Source of the DNA: Cirrosporium novae-zelandiae
Taxonomy: Eukaryota
Length of the DNA: 64,000 bases
NCBI GenBank assembly: GCA_026023565.1
Contig: JAPETS010000027.1
Location: 124,001 to 188,000, forward strand
Direction: 5' to 3'
Part shown: positions 13,054-27,900 of the stretch, piece by piece
Layout of the letters: the number at the start of each line of letters is the position of its first letter
How positions within the stretch are numbered: position 1 is the first letter of the stretch
The notes under the pieces: generated by a model
What the model was told of the DNA's origin: nothing
The model's database searches: none
What the model saw: the letters and a program-made list of their open reading frames with translations, nothing else
Translations under genes and position numbers: made by a program

Positions 13054-16000
13054 GTCCTATCACAGGCTAACCCTTGAGGAGACATAGATGTCCAGGGTTA
13101 GTTGGATGGGTGATGGCGATCAAGCAGAGAAAGGGGTATTAGAATAGTAGTTCATATATATCATTGTTAAAAAGACAATGGTCAAAATGATGAAGACATT
13201 TCAGCTTCTTACTTTATTATTAGTGGTTAAAGCTTCAAGTTGCAGCTCAATATTGGGAATGTCAGCCTTTGTCGGCGGATGCAGGTCTTGCCGAGCTGAC
13301 CACGCTTATAATTTCCATTATTTTAAGGACGGGTTCCCTCTTCAATTCCTCTCCTCGTCCACTTTAAATGTACGGGTTCAAGACATTCAACAACAATAAG
13401 AAGAAGAAGAAGAAGAAGAAGAAGCAGAGGAAGAAAATCCACCATTTACAAGTCCATAATCATCAGGTACTATCACCCTTCAAATATCCCGACAACGCAA
13501 CGTATCCAGCATAAGTTGACCAAGAGTCCTATTCCTATTGTGAACAGCGTCATCCCGATTCCTCAGTCATCTAATGAACCATTTTAACTAATTCATTTTT
13601 CAACACTTTCCAAGTATCAAATAATTATCCTAGTGCAGTCATGAACATCTTCAACAAATCCATCAAAACTTGTTTTCAACGCGTTGTCATTGTTGTTGCT
13701 GTAGCAGCCTTGGAAGCCAAATCCCAACCCCCCCCCCGACAATATCTACTGAAATCCCCTTCACCCCTAGGTAAGACAGATCCAAGCAGCACGTGCAGAT
13801 TACAGTAACTCGTGCAGACATTGTACAGTACAAGTACAAGGTTATCAAATACCTTCAAGCCCAAGGAATTTTCTTATCTCTCCATCCCCAACCGTACCAC
13901 CATCACCACCACCAATCAAGGGTCAACCCTCGAGAAATACCAATAATGAGATGGTGAATTGAAGCGAACCTGCGGCCACCTTTCCTCAGATTCCTTTCAA
14001 GAATCTATAGTACCTGCATCTGCAGGGTCCTCTCGGAAAGCAAATCTTTGTCTCTTTATAGAAAAGGCGACATCGCCTCAGAAGAAAAATACATCCTAAC
14101 TAGGCTAATACGTTCCCAACAGCCCAAGGTACTGTACATGTACTCCGAAGCACCGCAGAACCCCTTTTCGCTTTTACATCCAGGGTCAGGGGATCCATCC
14201 ATCCATCATAGACAGAAAAAACGTACTTTTTTGGAATCCCAGCTCCTAGCTTCCAACCACCCTTTCAAGTATATCCCCAGTTAAGTATCGAACACGAACC
14301 GATATATTCACACGCGTATCCCCTCCCCCGTCCCATTATTCGTAAACGAAACACCAACTCAGCAACCTTCTACATCCCTCCCATTTCTGAAAAAAAAAAA
14401 AAAAAAACATCTTCCACATCTCCCACAAAGTCTAACCCTAGCAGCAACACCAATCTATCTCCATAACCATTCATATCAAGCAAACAAAGTCCAGATACTG
14501 TTTACTGTAGTTCGTTGTCCAGTCCATATTCTCATAGCTATAAGTTATAAGTTAGGGGATTCCACACCCCTCCTCTAAAACATCACTTCTGAATCTCCTA
14601 AATATCCTCCTCAAACCATCTACCAACTTACTTCTAGAATAAGAATAAGTAGAACCATACATATCATACATAGTATAATAACTTAAAAACAAAAGACAAT
14701 ATTCTAAAACGTTGATATTATACTGTATCAACCAACCAACCAACCAACCAACCAACCAACCAACTAGCCCCCCCACCCCCTCCCCATCATAGGTACAGTA
14801 CTGTCCAGTACAGTACAGTATGTCTCAATCTCTCTATTTTTTTACCCAAGTACCCATGAATCCACAAAAAGATACCTATACCTATACATGTACATGTACA
14901 AATCACAAGAGGATAAAATTCAAATTAATTACATCATTGCCTCTTCCAACCACCCCCCAAATCAAGCTAGGACATATCCAGCCTGGATCCAACGCTTCCC
15001 TTTCTTTCTTTCTTCCTTTCTTCGTTCCTCCCCGGGTATGGTACAATACATACTCGTTTCTCCCACATAAAAATTACCAATATCCATAACAAAACTATTA
15101 CAATCTTACAATTTATTACATACAATCCCAATCCCAATTACACAACCTCTATACATAAAACCATAAAACCAATAAAACAACATCCCCTTTTCCTTTTTCA
15201 AACGTCATATTTACACCACACCAAAAACTAGCATATGCTTCCTCAAGCTACCCACAAAGCCAAACAAATCAAACCCATTCCCAACACAACCATCCATCAC
15301 AAACCAACTACCTAGGTACCTATTCCAGCTTCTTCAAACCCAACCACTCCATCTCGCTCTCCTTCCTGCTATTACTATTTTTTTTTTCAAATGTGCAGCA
15401 GTGATTGTACAGTACAGTAGGTGAAAAAACCAGCCCTATCCTATCACTAGTCACTAGTCACCCACCTAATCTCGAGCAGATAGATAGTTGCCTGCGCCCA
15501 GGTTGAAGTTTCTTTTCCTCCTTCTCTACCGTAGGCGAGGAAACTTTTCCATTTCAGTAGTAGTATCAACCAAGAGGTACAGTCCCTCGGAGGACTGAGT
15601 TGTGGAGCCGAATATTGATGAAGTTAACTATTAACAGAGCACAAAAATTCCAAAAGAAGCCACGGGTTTCCGTATGCCAAATCCCAACAGTTTTAGAATA
15701 GTAATACGAATAGCAAGGGAACACAGGGTTGAAATGTTCGTTAATATAGTGTTGTTGGTGGAATTGCCGGTCGTGGACGAACGGCTTAGCATCCCATCAT
15801 GCTGATTTAAACCACTTCAAAGGTGTAGTTGCTCGCATGGTTTTCCAAGTATTGTACAATGTCGGGACCCCCCAATAAGTCGGTTTCTTGGTTTTGAGTG
15901 AACTTCACACAGCCAGTACAATTAGATTGCAGTAGACCAGTACGGATGCATCTGCTGAGCTGAATGACGTTGTCGCTGGTGCAAGTAGCTGTGTGTGTGG

Positions 16001-17879
16001 GAGTCGTAGCAGTAGTAACTGTGAAAGCGGACGATGAGTGGAGGCAGCGATTGATATGGCGATTAGGTAGGTTTAGGTTGAATTCCCCAATACCAATAGC
16101 AAGGCAGAAGGGCGGGCGTGCCAAATAACAAAGACATTCTAGATCAGTAATCCCATCCTCCTCCAGACGGACGTTCCCATGATGAGTTCCATCCCCACCC
16201 CCACCCCCAAATCCAGTCCCGACATTATAGACATCCTTCCAAAAGACTTCCCGTCCCCCTCCTCATCTTCAAGAAGCTATAATTTTTTGATTATTTTTTT
16301 CTTTTACGAATTGGATTGGATGGAAGAAAGAAAGAAGGGGTGGATAGAAAGGAAATGAGGTGTTAGGTTAGGATAGGGATATAGAACTTTTGTTGTAAAG
16401 TTGGGATGGAGTAATGGATGGATGGATGGGTTTTATAGGGGGTTGTGTTGGTTGGTTTGTTAGGTAGTTAGGTAGTTAGAAAGAGAAAGAAGGAGGAAGG
16501 GAGGAAGGGAGGGAAATTGCTTGTTGCCTATTAATGAATTGATAAACCGGAATCGAAGTGTATTTTTGGTAAGAGAACGATCCAATGTTCCGACTTGAAG
16601 TTAACTACCTAGATACTCGGAAGGAAGTATGTATAGTACCTAGGTACCTAGGCAAGGCAAGTAAGCAGTAGTAGAAGAGCCCCTCAACTTTTCTTTTCTT
16701 TTCTTTTCTTTTCTTTTCTTTTCTTTCTTTCTTTCTTTCTTTGCTTTAAAGGAAGAACGAACGGTACGTACGTATGTGCAAGTGTGACCATCCATCCATA
16801 CATTCCCCCCCTTCAAAAAAAAAGAGAAGACTCAATAATAATGATTTTTATTGTCCGTCCGCATTGTCGCATTGTTCACATGTGTCGCCTTCTTCGGGTA
16901 GGTAGGTTATGGCAGAATAATTATAGGAATATAGGAAAGACCCCGCCCCCCCATTCCAGTTTTGGTTTTGGTTTTGGTTTTGGTTAATTATATAAAATAT
17001 TATTCAGATAGGTAGGTAGGAATTTATCTCCCCAAACCTCAAACCAAACTTGATCTTGTTATACCATGCCATGACCATGACCAATGACCCATACAAAGAT
17101 CATAGCCTAAGTCCACTTGTTCAAAAAAAAAAGTCGAGGTTCAAATCCATCCTTTTTTTTTCAGTGGTGGTGGTGGTGGTGGTGTTGATGGTGTGTTAAT
17201 AATGATGATGTATGTATGAACGTTCAACTTTTCCAAATATCAAATATCAATCTTGAGTTCCCCCAAATCCTTAAAAAAAATTACTTGTACTCGGTCGGGT
17301 AAGGTATGCTTCTTTTCGCTTCGATTTCGCTTCGATAATTCCATTCATAGACTCGGACGTATTTTTTTAAATGATACCGACGGCGGCGGTGGTAGGATAT
17401 TTTTTTTGCTTTGCTTTGTGATGGGTGGAGGAAGAAGAAAATGTGAAGAAAAATGTGATCGAGTTTTTTTTTAGGGGGAGGCCATAAAATGATTCCATCC
17501 CATTGTAATTCGCTAGGGTCATGAAACAAACAAGCGCAACGTTTACATAAGTAAAATTATGCACGTTATATAGTCTGGTAGTCAATACCATTCTGTCGCT
17601 GTATGGATTATTTTTCCAAATATATAAAAATAACCATCATATAAGGGATTAACTCGAAAAAAAATATGTCGCAAGTCCTCAAATCTTCCGAGGGACCAGG
17701 GGGGGTATGTCCCAGTGAATAATAAATTGAATCATCACCACCATCATCACCAGGATAACCCAGGCCTGCCCAATTAAAACAAAGAAAAATAAAAAAACTC
17801 CAAACCATCTTTTTGGCATCTTAAATCCTTATCCAAGTCCTTTTTGCCATCCCAGTTTTTTTTTATAAAACAAAATAAA

Positions 17880-20800
17880 TCATAATGTAGCAACATGCCC
17901 TTCCCATTCTTCAGCATCTCCAAAGCCTGCCACTTCTAGTAACACTTCCTTAGGGAAAGAATACAAGACTTCATTATCTAGTCGGTGATCGGGTTCCATT
18001 CCTGTCAAGGCGCCGACTGCCCTCTTGACGACTCCGTTATTTCTTTCTGGCCCTTGTGTTTCCATTTCCTTCTCTGCCATCACTGCCATTGCCGACAATC
18101 GGTCGTTAAGGGCTATCTGGAGCCGAACGATAGGAGTCCAATATTTGGCAACACCACTGACCAGGACCTTAACACTATTGGTCATCAGGGGTAGCAACTG
18201 TTGAAAGGTATCGATTGGACACCCTGCCGTTAGGATATCACATGCGATAAAAATTGCATAGCCCATGAACGGCGCTGAAAAAACAGGACCCAGACCCATC
18301 TTTAGATCTGAAAATTGACTGGAAGGAATAGTACTGAGTTGGTAGGTCATTTGGAGAAGGGCGGTAGCGTGCTTTCGTGCTTCGCGAACGCTATGGCGAG
18401 TACTCGAAATTTGGAGGTACTTTGGCTGTATATGACGATTAAGCTTCATGAAACAAGCGTGATAAAGAGAATGGAGAACCATATATCGGCCTAGGTAGCC
18501 TTGACGGATACTAGTGATAAGGTTTGGGTTGTTAAAGCGTAAAAATGCTGGCAGATTGGCATCGAAAGTTTCAAGGCGAGATACAATATCCGAGTAATGG
18601 CGTTCGTGTTCTTGTCGGTAAGTTGAAGCAGAGCGATGGACAGAGCGAGAGACATTAGCCATGACATTCTCCCAAATAGAAGCGACAGCGACCAAGTATC
18701 CCATAACGCCCATATTTTCACGGGGTCCGCGTCTTGCTAGGTTAGGATCTACGACGTCGTTGTCAAAATATGGCGTTAGTACGTCTTTTTGATTCTCGTA
18801 ATGTCCATCCCAACAAGGGAGTCTTAAGAATATATCGTCCGGATCGAGTGACGTTGTGTATGAACGATGACGGAGGCCATCAAACTGCTTCTGGAATAGA
18901 AAACATGTCAGTGGGGAACAAATATCAAGGTTGATTACAACTCACATCTAGGAGATATGCCGACCAGAAGGTCCGTCGATGGCACTCATCTGATCCAATT
19001 TTGGTTAAACCATACTCGAATGACTGGTCCTCCTTGTCGGGCGGCTCGTTATTCAGCTCGAAACCACATGCAGCTCGTACAGCCGATCCGCAAAAGTCCC
19101 AGCCGGTATCCACCTCGTCCTGTGCAATATAATATAAAGCGAGAATCAAGCGACTTTGTACAAGTTGTAATGAGAAATGATTTTTACAGTGTTCGACCGC
19201 AAAACGAGCAATCTCGACAAACCGATTTGCACAAATTTCCCGTTCAACCCGTTCAGAAAAGACGGATCCCAATGCAAGTATGCTGTATACCAACATAAGA
19301 TCTTCATAGCTCTTGTTCTGGCTTATCCTCACCCATCCTCGGAATCTTTCTACAGGGAAGATGGTATATATACCAGCATTAATGTATCTCAAATACAGAT
19401 CAAGATAATGTTCAACCAGTTCAGGGTCAGTCCTATAAGGGTCGTTGTGCCATTCTAGACAAATCGAATCAAGGTTTGGAAGGATCTTCTCCAGTCTCGG
19501 TTGTTGGTCCAAATCATCCCTTTTGATAGCTATATCCCTGTTTGACATGGACGCGTAGGAAGGATAGTTCTTGAGATCAGGAGAACTCAGTCGGTATCTT
19601 TTTAAAGGACTGGAATCTTCGATTTTTGATTCCGATGTCGATTCAGGGGTTTGCAAAGTTAAAGAATTGGCAGACCAGCTTCGTCTTGTCGCAAGGAGAC
19701 GATGCTTCCCATGTGGAGACCTCGACGATTGCGAATTGTGTCGCGATAATGGGCTTTCCGGCGTCGAACGCTGATCGTGTGCTGAATGCGAATTTCCTCG
19801 AGGTCTATGGAAAGGATCAGTCTGAAGCATTTGCGGAGAGCTAGTGGCGATCTCGATTTCTGTGCGACGTGCTTCGACTATCCAATACGAAGTATGAGCA
19901 GTCATGCGGGAAGCTAAATTAAAAGACTGCAATCTACAGAATGCAAGGCGAAGTAGCAAAATCACGTCGCACATAAAAAAAAACATCTGTATGGAATTGA
20001 AAAGTCAAATAAAAACTTGCTTACTTACGCAAGTTGTACTCGACATGCCCGCCCAAACTTTTCGCACTGAAAGCAAGGGTTATTCCCATCACACTTGATT
20101 TTCTTTTCCCTGCAATTCAAGCATGCTACTGCCAACCGCTTTCGAGGTTTTCCAGCTTTTGTTACTCCCCAAGATGCATTAACCGGTTCCCCATTAATCA
20201 TCGTTTTACAATGAGAGCCATCTTCGTAAATGTAACAAGGACCTTCTCCTGGCAAAACTTGCTCACCGATCGGACGAGGCATAATATTCTGCTTCAGGGG
20301 AGCCTGGGGCATTGGCATAGGCCCCGGCCCCGGCCCCAGCCCGCTCGTTCCATGAACCAAAGGGGGACCCACATGTGAATAGGGAACATGAGCAGCATTG
20401 TTAACCATTTGAGATTCTGGCCTACCGTCTCTTTGAGAAACTGGAGGTAGGTTTGTGGTGTAAGGCTGTGCATTGAAAGTTGAACGCTCCTGGTCCGTTA
20501 CGTATGGGAAAGGGGTGATTCTTGCAGAATTGGTGCTTTCAGTGTTCATCGCGTTTCGGGGCTGGTAGGCATATTCTTTGCGTAAAGAGGAACCTGGGGG
20601 CACCTCGTAATCGTTATAATACCCATCTGTTTGCTGGGGCGATGATTGCGGAGGTACGGCCTCTCTAGCTGCGGGACCGTGAGGTAGACTGTAGGGACCT
20701 AGAGAATCTGGTGTTGGGGAGTACGGAGAAGGTGGTACGCTGGCAAAAGATTTGGGCGTGAGGAGTTGGCTGACCGGAGGAAGATGGTCTCTCGAGGGCC

Positions 20801-21062
20801 TCTCCGGATTGTCTAGCTTTGGGGTTGAGTCTTGGTTGCTGGATTCACGGTTCTGCCCCGTCTTGAAACATGCAGCATGATAATTACCTGGATCAGAACC
20901 GAATTGTAGCTTCTGTGGAACTGGTGGTGGCAGTCGACGTTGAGGTTGCGACATGTTGACAGATGAAGATCCCCATTCACTTTGTGAATCCTCCGACTGA
21001 TTTTCGGGGACGGGAAGAAGTCTGCCAAAAGGCCCAATGTACAAGTTTGACATCGAGGACAA
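17880..21062 (-). CDS. Zn(II)2Cys6 transcription factor with fungal-specific TF (middle homology) domain
   Basis: ACLNCREKKIKCDGNNPCFQCEKFGRAC zinc cluster after a long Pro/Ser-rich N-terminus; RRTFWSAYLLD motif. Intron 18945-18891 is in frame. The first intron donor is GTAAGT at 20028; its acceptor (about 19840-19935) is uncertain. Confidence 0.88.
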
Positions 21063-21899
21063 GTGTCACCCAATAAGCAGTGAAACTTGAAATAGCGTCA
21101 GACGGTCGAGGGTCTGGGAAGCAGGTTGGGACAAGATCGCCTCCCTCCGGCGCACTTGATCTCACTCCAGCTCCAGTTTACAATATGCTCCAACGGTTTT
21201 TTGAGTTGAATAAATGCCGAGTCTATCAAGTAGGGTTCGTAGGATGAGCTGGGCGGAAGGACGGATAGCACTTGGAAGATCCATGAACAATTAGTCTAAT
21301 TGGTTGATTTATATGCACAGAAGCCAATGAGGCGTTGAAGAGAGTGGGTGGAAGGGTGTCTTGATTAGGGCAAGGGCTGATTATGGGAAAATTAGAAAGG
21401 GTCGAGGGGGGGGACTTACTCGAGGATATCCGATGATGGACCTTTTACGCAAAGGTAGGCGAAGGGGGGGGGGGGGGTTTGACAATTAGATTAGGAGGAG
21501 AGAGTAGCAGAGTTATTGACGCTACTACTACAATAACTACCATCAGGCTTCAAGAATCTCCAAGACATCAAATAAACGGGTGTAATCTGATGTACGACAA
21601 GATTGGTAGAGTGGTTCTATTCCCGACGGCATGACTTGATTGAAACTAGAAGAAGCGAAGAACCAAGTAGTGAGGGGAAGAATGAGCTTCTTCGATTCTG
21701 AGAGGTCAGTAACTCTATTGCATCCACAATTGATCGCGAATCGGAGATGGTATAATAAAAAGAGACTCGGAAGGAGACTTTTGGTAAACATTCAGGGAAT
21801 GAGTGGAATATGGGAATTATGGGAAATCTGGGAAATCAAAACATGGAACATGGGATGGGGATGGGGGCATGGGTGGGTGGGTGGGGGGGGGAGGTACAT

Positions 21900-21992
<93 letters not shown>
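21900..21992. repeat. Poly-G homopolymer (93 nt) preceded by further G-tracts
   Basis: Read directly from the sequence. Confidence 0.95.
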
Positions 21993-21994
<2 letters not shown>

Positions 21995-24900
21995 ATGCGA
22001 TGATGCGATAATGCGAAGTTTGCGAAGATGCGAGGAAAGAGAAAGAGAAGTACGGTTATTGCTTTCCTTTGCTTTACTCTTTACTGCTCTGCTTTAGGAA
22101 CCTTTTTTTTTAAACTAGGACTTTAGGAGTCCCTGGAGTAAAAAAGACCTTTTTTTCAAAGCAAAGAGAGCTGCCAGAATGCCTTTCTTTCTCTCCCACA
22201 TCTCCTTAACCCCCCCCATGTATTCTTTTTTTTCTCATGCCTTTTTTCGTATGTTTCCCATTCATCCTATCATGTTCTATTACCCAATTTGGAAGTACTG
22301 ACATGATCAGGTACCTCCTTTTCGAGGTATAGCTGCATCACCCGGGTTAAAAAAAAAAAGTGGTCGAGTGGTCAAAACATGGTTAACTATTGCTTGCTTG
22401 GATAATTTTGTCCTAGAGGTACAGTAGAAGGACAGAAGGAGAGAAACAAAGAAAAAGTAGTGAGAGTCGATCAAGGTTATGACCAGCTTTACTGCATGCG
22501 ACAAGGAATAGAATGTCCCCCCCCCCCAAAAATGCCCAAATGCCCCAAAGCAAGCCCCAAAACTTCAATGATCCAACGCCCAAATGACACCCTCCCAATG
22601 CCCCAAAGAAATACCCCTCCGAGCCCATTAAGAGTAGGTACCTCAGTAGAACCTTTGGGACCCGTTTTTACGCGCTATAACTCGCTCTGGGGGGATAAAA
22701 TAGCTCCACTAGACTAAAAACTTTTGGCTTTGAGCTGATCTCCCATAGTTCCAATCGTTCCATTGGTGCCCCTCCCCTCCTCCCTCCGAGTCCCCCTCGC
22801 TTACTGTTCATACACAGAAACCGAAAGAGGAACCTGTTCTACTTTGGTAATTATTTTCCAATTATCTAATTCTGTATTATTTTTAAACTACCAGAAAGAG
22901 CTATTAATCGGAGAAGAGATCTCATCCGAGAATCATGCCGAATATTGGAGCTATCAAAAGAATCAAAAGAATCAAAAAAGATAAAAAAGATAAAAAAGAT
23001 AAAAAAAGATAATAAAAAAATGTATTGTCAACTGAAAAATTTCCTTAATCGTACAATGCCCGAAACTTGAGAACCCGAAAAGAAAAAATAAAGAAAAAGA
23101 AAAAAAAGACCACTCGCAGCTCACCCACCATTCAACCACCCTGTTACGTGAATGGACCTACTAACTGGACCAAAAAACTTGCCTAAGCAGCTGAGCTCCT
23201 ACTGCAGTAACTAAAAAGCCCAGCGGCTCACGACACACCAGCAAGCCAAGTCATGCCGAGGTCGTCGTTATGGATCGTTATGGATCGTTAAGGATCGAAG
23301 ATAACAAGAAGAAAAAATTTCTCTATTCTTGAATCAATCGGAGATGAGAGAACATAAACAAGAGATCGGAAGACGGAAAGACGCCCGTCTGGGCCACCAT
23401 TTACCCCAGAAATTTCATTCGAGGCTTCACCCACCTCATCCTGCCGTCACGTCCCTACTGATTTTCTCATTTCAGCACGCGGGAGAACAAGGCATGGTGA
23501 CGATCATCAATGCAATAATTCGATCAACACTATACCGAGGCTGAAAGGCAGAAAAGGCAGATGCTGGTGGCATGCTCAAGAAGTTTGAAAAACATGTCGG
23601 CAATGGAGACTAAGGGACTATCAATGATGGATCCTCCGGACATGGGGCTCGAGAATAATGGATTCGAAAATCAAAATGGGTAAAAGGGAAGCCGAATCAG
23701 GTAGAGTGCCATATGTTCGTCATATCATGTCATACAAGGTGCGTTACATCAGTCTACAGTACATCGGTCTACACTTGGAGGATCTAATCTTGCTAACTCT
23801 AGCTGGGTACAAGTTTGATGCTTCCTCCTCGTCATTTTTCCGTACGGAGATTGTGGTCCGCAAGCCTGTACCAAGTCTCTCTGGTGTAAGGCTGAAGCCG
23901 ACAGCTAGGGAAAAGCAAACATTTTATCGGCCGAAAATATTTAGCTATGTCAATCGGAGATGATATTTACAAGGTATATCAGTCCCTCTCGAAAAAGCCC
24001 AACTACCAGGACTCTGTCGGCCATGTTTTCGACCCAGCCGATGCGGGTATAATAGTCCTTTAACCCCATCATGTTAGGCTCTTAGTATTTACTGATAATA
24101 AAAGTCCTGCCGGTCCTGGGTTTCGTGCCGCAATTTGAATCATTCTTCAAGCTGAAGGCCCTTTGATTATTAGTCATGACATGCAGCCGAATTTGTAATT
24201 AGACGCTGGCATTGAAATCACTATCAGCGATAATCAAATCCTTCAATATAACTATCCTCTAATACTGATTTGAATCACGGAGATTGTTTCCTTGTTCCAA
24301 AAAGGAAATGGTTACAGGTCAACCAAGATTTTTGTCATGATTTCTAATTTCAAAATTAACTTGGGATATCATCATGGTCATTGATAGGCCGGTACAGCTA
24401 GCCGTCTTCCCCGTCCTCGATAAAGTCTAAATGAGATCTCTGGCACCTAAGGCGCTTGTCGTTCTGGGGGTGATTTCCCTTCTTGACATCACGACAAGAT
24501 ATGTTTGAAGGCTTGAAGAATGGTGGCCAGGAGAGGAAAGCCGTGTCCGGTGGACGATATAACACCATGCAGGATATGATGGGGAATAACCGGAACACCC
24601 AAGCATTATTATTATTATTATTCATAACTAGAGAACCGCTCGGTGCCTCGAGGACATTTGGATACTAGCAGAAGGGTAAACCACTGACCACTGGTATGGG
24701 TTTCTCGTAAGGTGTGCTCATTCGTTGACAGGGATGACATCTACTGGGTAGAACATGCCCATGTTAATGCAACTAAGCGACGGCACACGGCAGCTTTTGT
24801 GGGGGCTTCCCGCCTCGTCATATTCAAAATACAAAGGGACTTTATACATAATGCTGTAGATATACAATAATTCCTTCGGACAATCAATTAGTACAAATTA

Positions 24901-27900
24901 TATTATTATATCCCCACGGATGGATATCCCGAGTCTGTCGTTAATTTATGCATCACATCACTTGTCTAGCAAACTCGGCTTTGCTTGTTCCCTACTTGGA
25001 CGACGGCTCAATGGACAAGCGCTCAGACCCTGGCCTGATATGGCTAAGGGTTGGCTGAAAATGGAACATGCATTTATTCACTGTGATATATTCTACTGAT
25101 TAGTGTCAAGTAGGGGCGTTCGGCACCTGCTCATGTTGTACAGACTATTGTGGAGACCGGGGGATACCTCAAAGTAATTCAGCTAAACCTAAATACCCTC
25201 ACTTATTTTGTACTTTGTCAGGAAAGCCAAGAACAGTTTATAACTACTTTAGACTCGACGTGCTAGCGATGATTTTCTCTTCCAAACGTCACATGATCAG
25301 AAGGGATATTTCTTAGGCGCACTGCTGACACAGACCGAAAGCGGTCATGCATTATCTGTGGACAGCTGGACATGAAGAAAGCGAATCCCTCCAATGGCTG
25401 TTCATTTAGATCCACCAGGAGCTGTTCCAGTCTGGAATCTGGGCATACAAAACAACCGCACAAGAAAGTGCTAAGCCAGGGGAATCGGAATACCGCCTAT
25501 GAAACATGGTCCGTTGTTGGTTCCAGCCGATCGACATATTTCATGCAGGATTTTTTCATCAGCTCAACCTTGCACCTTGTAATGGTTTAATCCCGTTTGA
25601 TCCCTGGTATTTCTAATTACTAGGTACTCAGTAGCTATGCAAGCTACTCATACGGCATTTACCTATCTACCTAGGTACTTGGGTACCATGTACGTACCGT
25701 ACATGAGAAAAAGGTAGGGTTGATGACATGTGGCCAGTGCGTTGGTGGTGTTGGCGGTGTCGCATGCATTTTTTTTTTGTATCCACCGTCCATACGTCCA
25801 GACGCCCATACATCGTACATACTGTGAGGTCTCAAAGGAAACGGCATTGTGACACTAAGAAGGTTGTACAGTTGTCAGTGGTACTTCCAGTCAAAAAGTT
25901 CATGCGCCTTACTGAAATTGTCACCCGATCGCGCTAGATGGTCCAGATAAGAGTCAAGACCCTCACGCATGTCTTCCGAACCACGAGGGACAGGAATCCA
26001 GGATAAGTCAATGACGAGGTTAAACCGAACAGGTCAAATCAATGAATTGTAACCAGGGGGCTACCGTTTACCTCAAGTGGAAACAAGGCAGGGTTAGTTG
26101 GTACTAAGTGGAAAGGTGGGAAAGGAGGCTCTAATTCCCGTAATTCGCTTCGCTTAGTTAGTTATATTTCATTGTCCACTGAGCTCTTGACCTCTTGACG
26201 GCATCTTTTCAAATTACTCTACTTTTGGCTACCACCCGGCTCTTCCACTCTTTCCACGAGACCACAAATGCCGATAACATCAAGAGACAAATTGATTGAA
26301 TGAGCGACATGAAATCTAAGTACATGCCGGTTGGTACACTATCTGATTGTATGTACAGTTCAAGTACCATAGTACATGGAGCCGTTGCTAATATTGGTGA
26401 CAATTTGCCTTAAGTGTGAAGCGTCAACGATGAATGGTTCTACTTCTAGGGCCCACCCTAACACATCAATATTACCAGAAACATCATCACCCTCTTTCCT
26501 ACCTGGACATTCACTCTCGGCGAATAAGGTACCTGACATTGAAAACTACCTAAACCACCTAACCTCGCAAAAGGATATTTTTACCTTTACCCAGACCGTA
26601 AGGTATCGAGGTATCCTCTCAGTCCTACACTTCGACCTACTAAAGAAGGGAATAGTTATCTCGATCTGGAATATTCTGTTGGAGGTCTTCTCGTGGCTTA
26701 ATCTTTTTAACCCTTGAAGTATTCCATTGGATAGCTGTGACTGACTAGCACGTCAGACTCCACCCTAACTATGGTAATTATCATACTGCGTAGTGAAATT
26801 GTTTCACTTTTTCAACAAGTACGCTCCGAGTCTGTTGGCAGTTGCTCGAAATTTTCTCATTTGATTTATCTCACCGAATAGTATTCGATTGACCTCGCTC
26901 TATATGGTGTCTAACCCAACTAAAGTTGGAGAAGGAAAAATCATCCATCTGCTGCGAAATTACGTCTATCTTTCAGATGAACTATGAGCCGCAATTCCCA
27001 GAGAACTGGCATGGAAATTATCTAGAGTACCTGTGACTTGGTTCTATCTACTATGCACCACATTGCCCCTCATGCTGGTTTCAATGCATAATAAGATATC
27101 CGTCACTCAAAAGCCTAGCTGGTTTGGCCGTATATAGCAGCAGCCTGAGACCCCTAGACATATTCACCCCTGCATTTTTGTTTAGCGGGCGCTTGGTTGC
27201 TTGCTTCTGGATCCTTTCTCGACAATTTCTCGATCATTTTTCGATCATTTTTCGATCGCGATCAGTCGTCATGATCATCACCGTCTTTTCCATATCGTCT
27301 GTGCTCTTAGAACAGGCTAAACTACCATGGGCCAAGGCATGTCTAATTAGACTCTAATCTAATTCGGCAGGTCAGCGCATCGCAAATTTCTCATCCCTTC
27401 TTGATGAGCAATAATCCCCCAAATTTTAGCGCACCTAATTTTGACAAACATATTTTAAAAGTCCCTTCCGTTTTGGACGCCGTACATTGATTTCGGCGGG
27501 GCTGTCTGCAATTTTGAGCTATAGAGTGAAGTCGAAACTTCCCAGTCTCAGAATCATGCCACGTCAAACGTACTCCAAACAACTATCAAGCGCTGTGGAG
27601 TGAGAGTTGCTGTCTCTAAAACTTCAGGGGATGACCATCTGTTGTAGAGAAACAACCCCAGCTAAAATGGTGATGGAAAGCGATTTATAATTCATCTGCC
27701 AGAGTCATCCACCCGCTGTAGTTGATCTTTCGATGTCTATCAGATATCTGATCCGAAGATAGGAAGTGATCTGTCATATTCATGCCGAGTCGATAAACAG
27801 TGTAATTGACTCCAAGACTACTTTCAATCCCATCTTTTTAGTCTCGCCTTTTCTGGTTGATGGGCTCCTTCTATTGCTTCTTCCCCTCACCCCTCTCCTT

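Noticed and set aside
13529..13582. snR30/U17-like m1 (CTATTCCTA) and m2 (GAACCAT) motifs
   Set aside because: Both deviate from consensus, the intervening stem is weak and there is no ACA box at the expected position.
14432..14440. CTAACCCTA as a telomerase template
   Set aside because: It lies in low-complexity C/A-rich DNA with no flanking helices or pseudoknot seen; probably chance.
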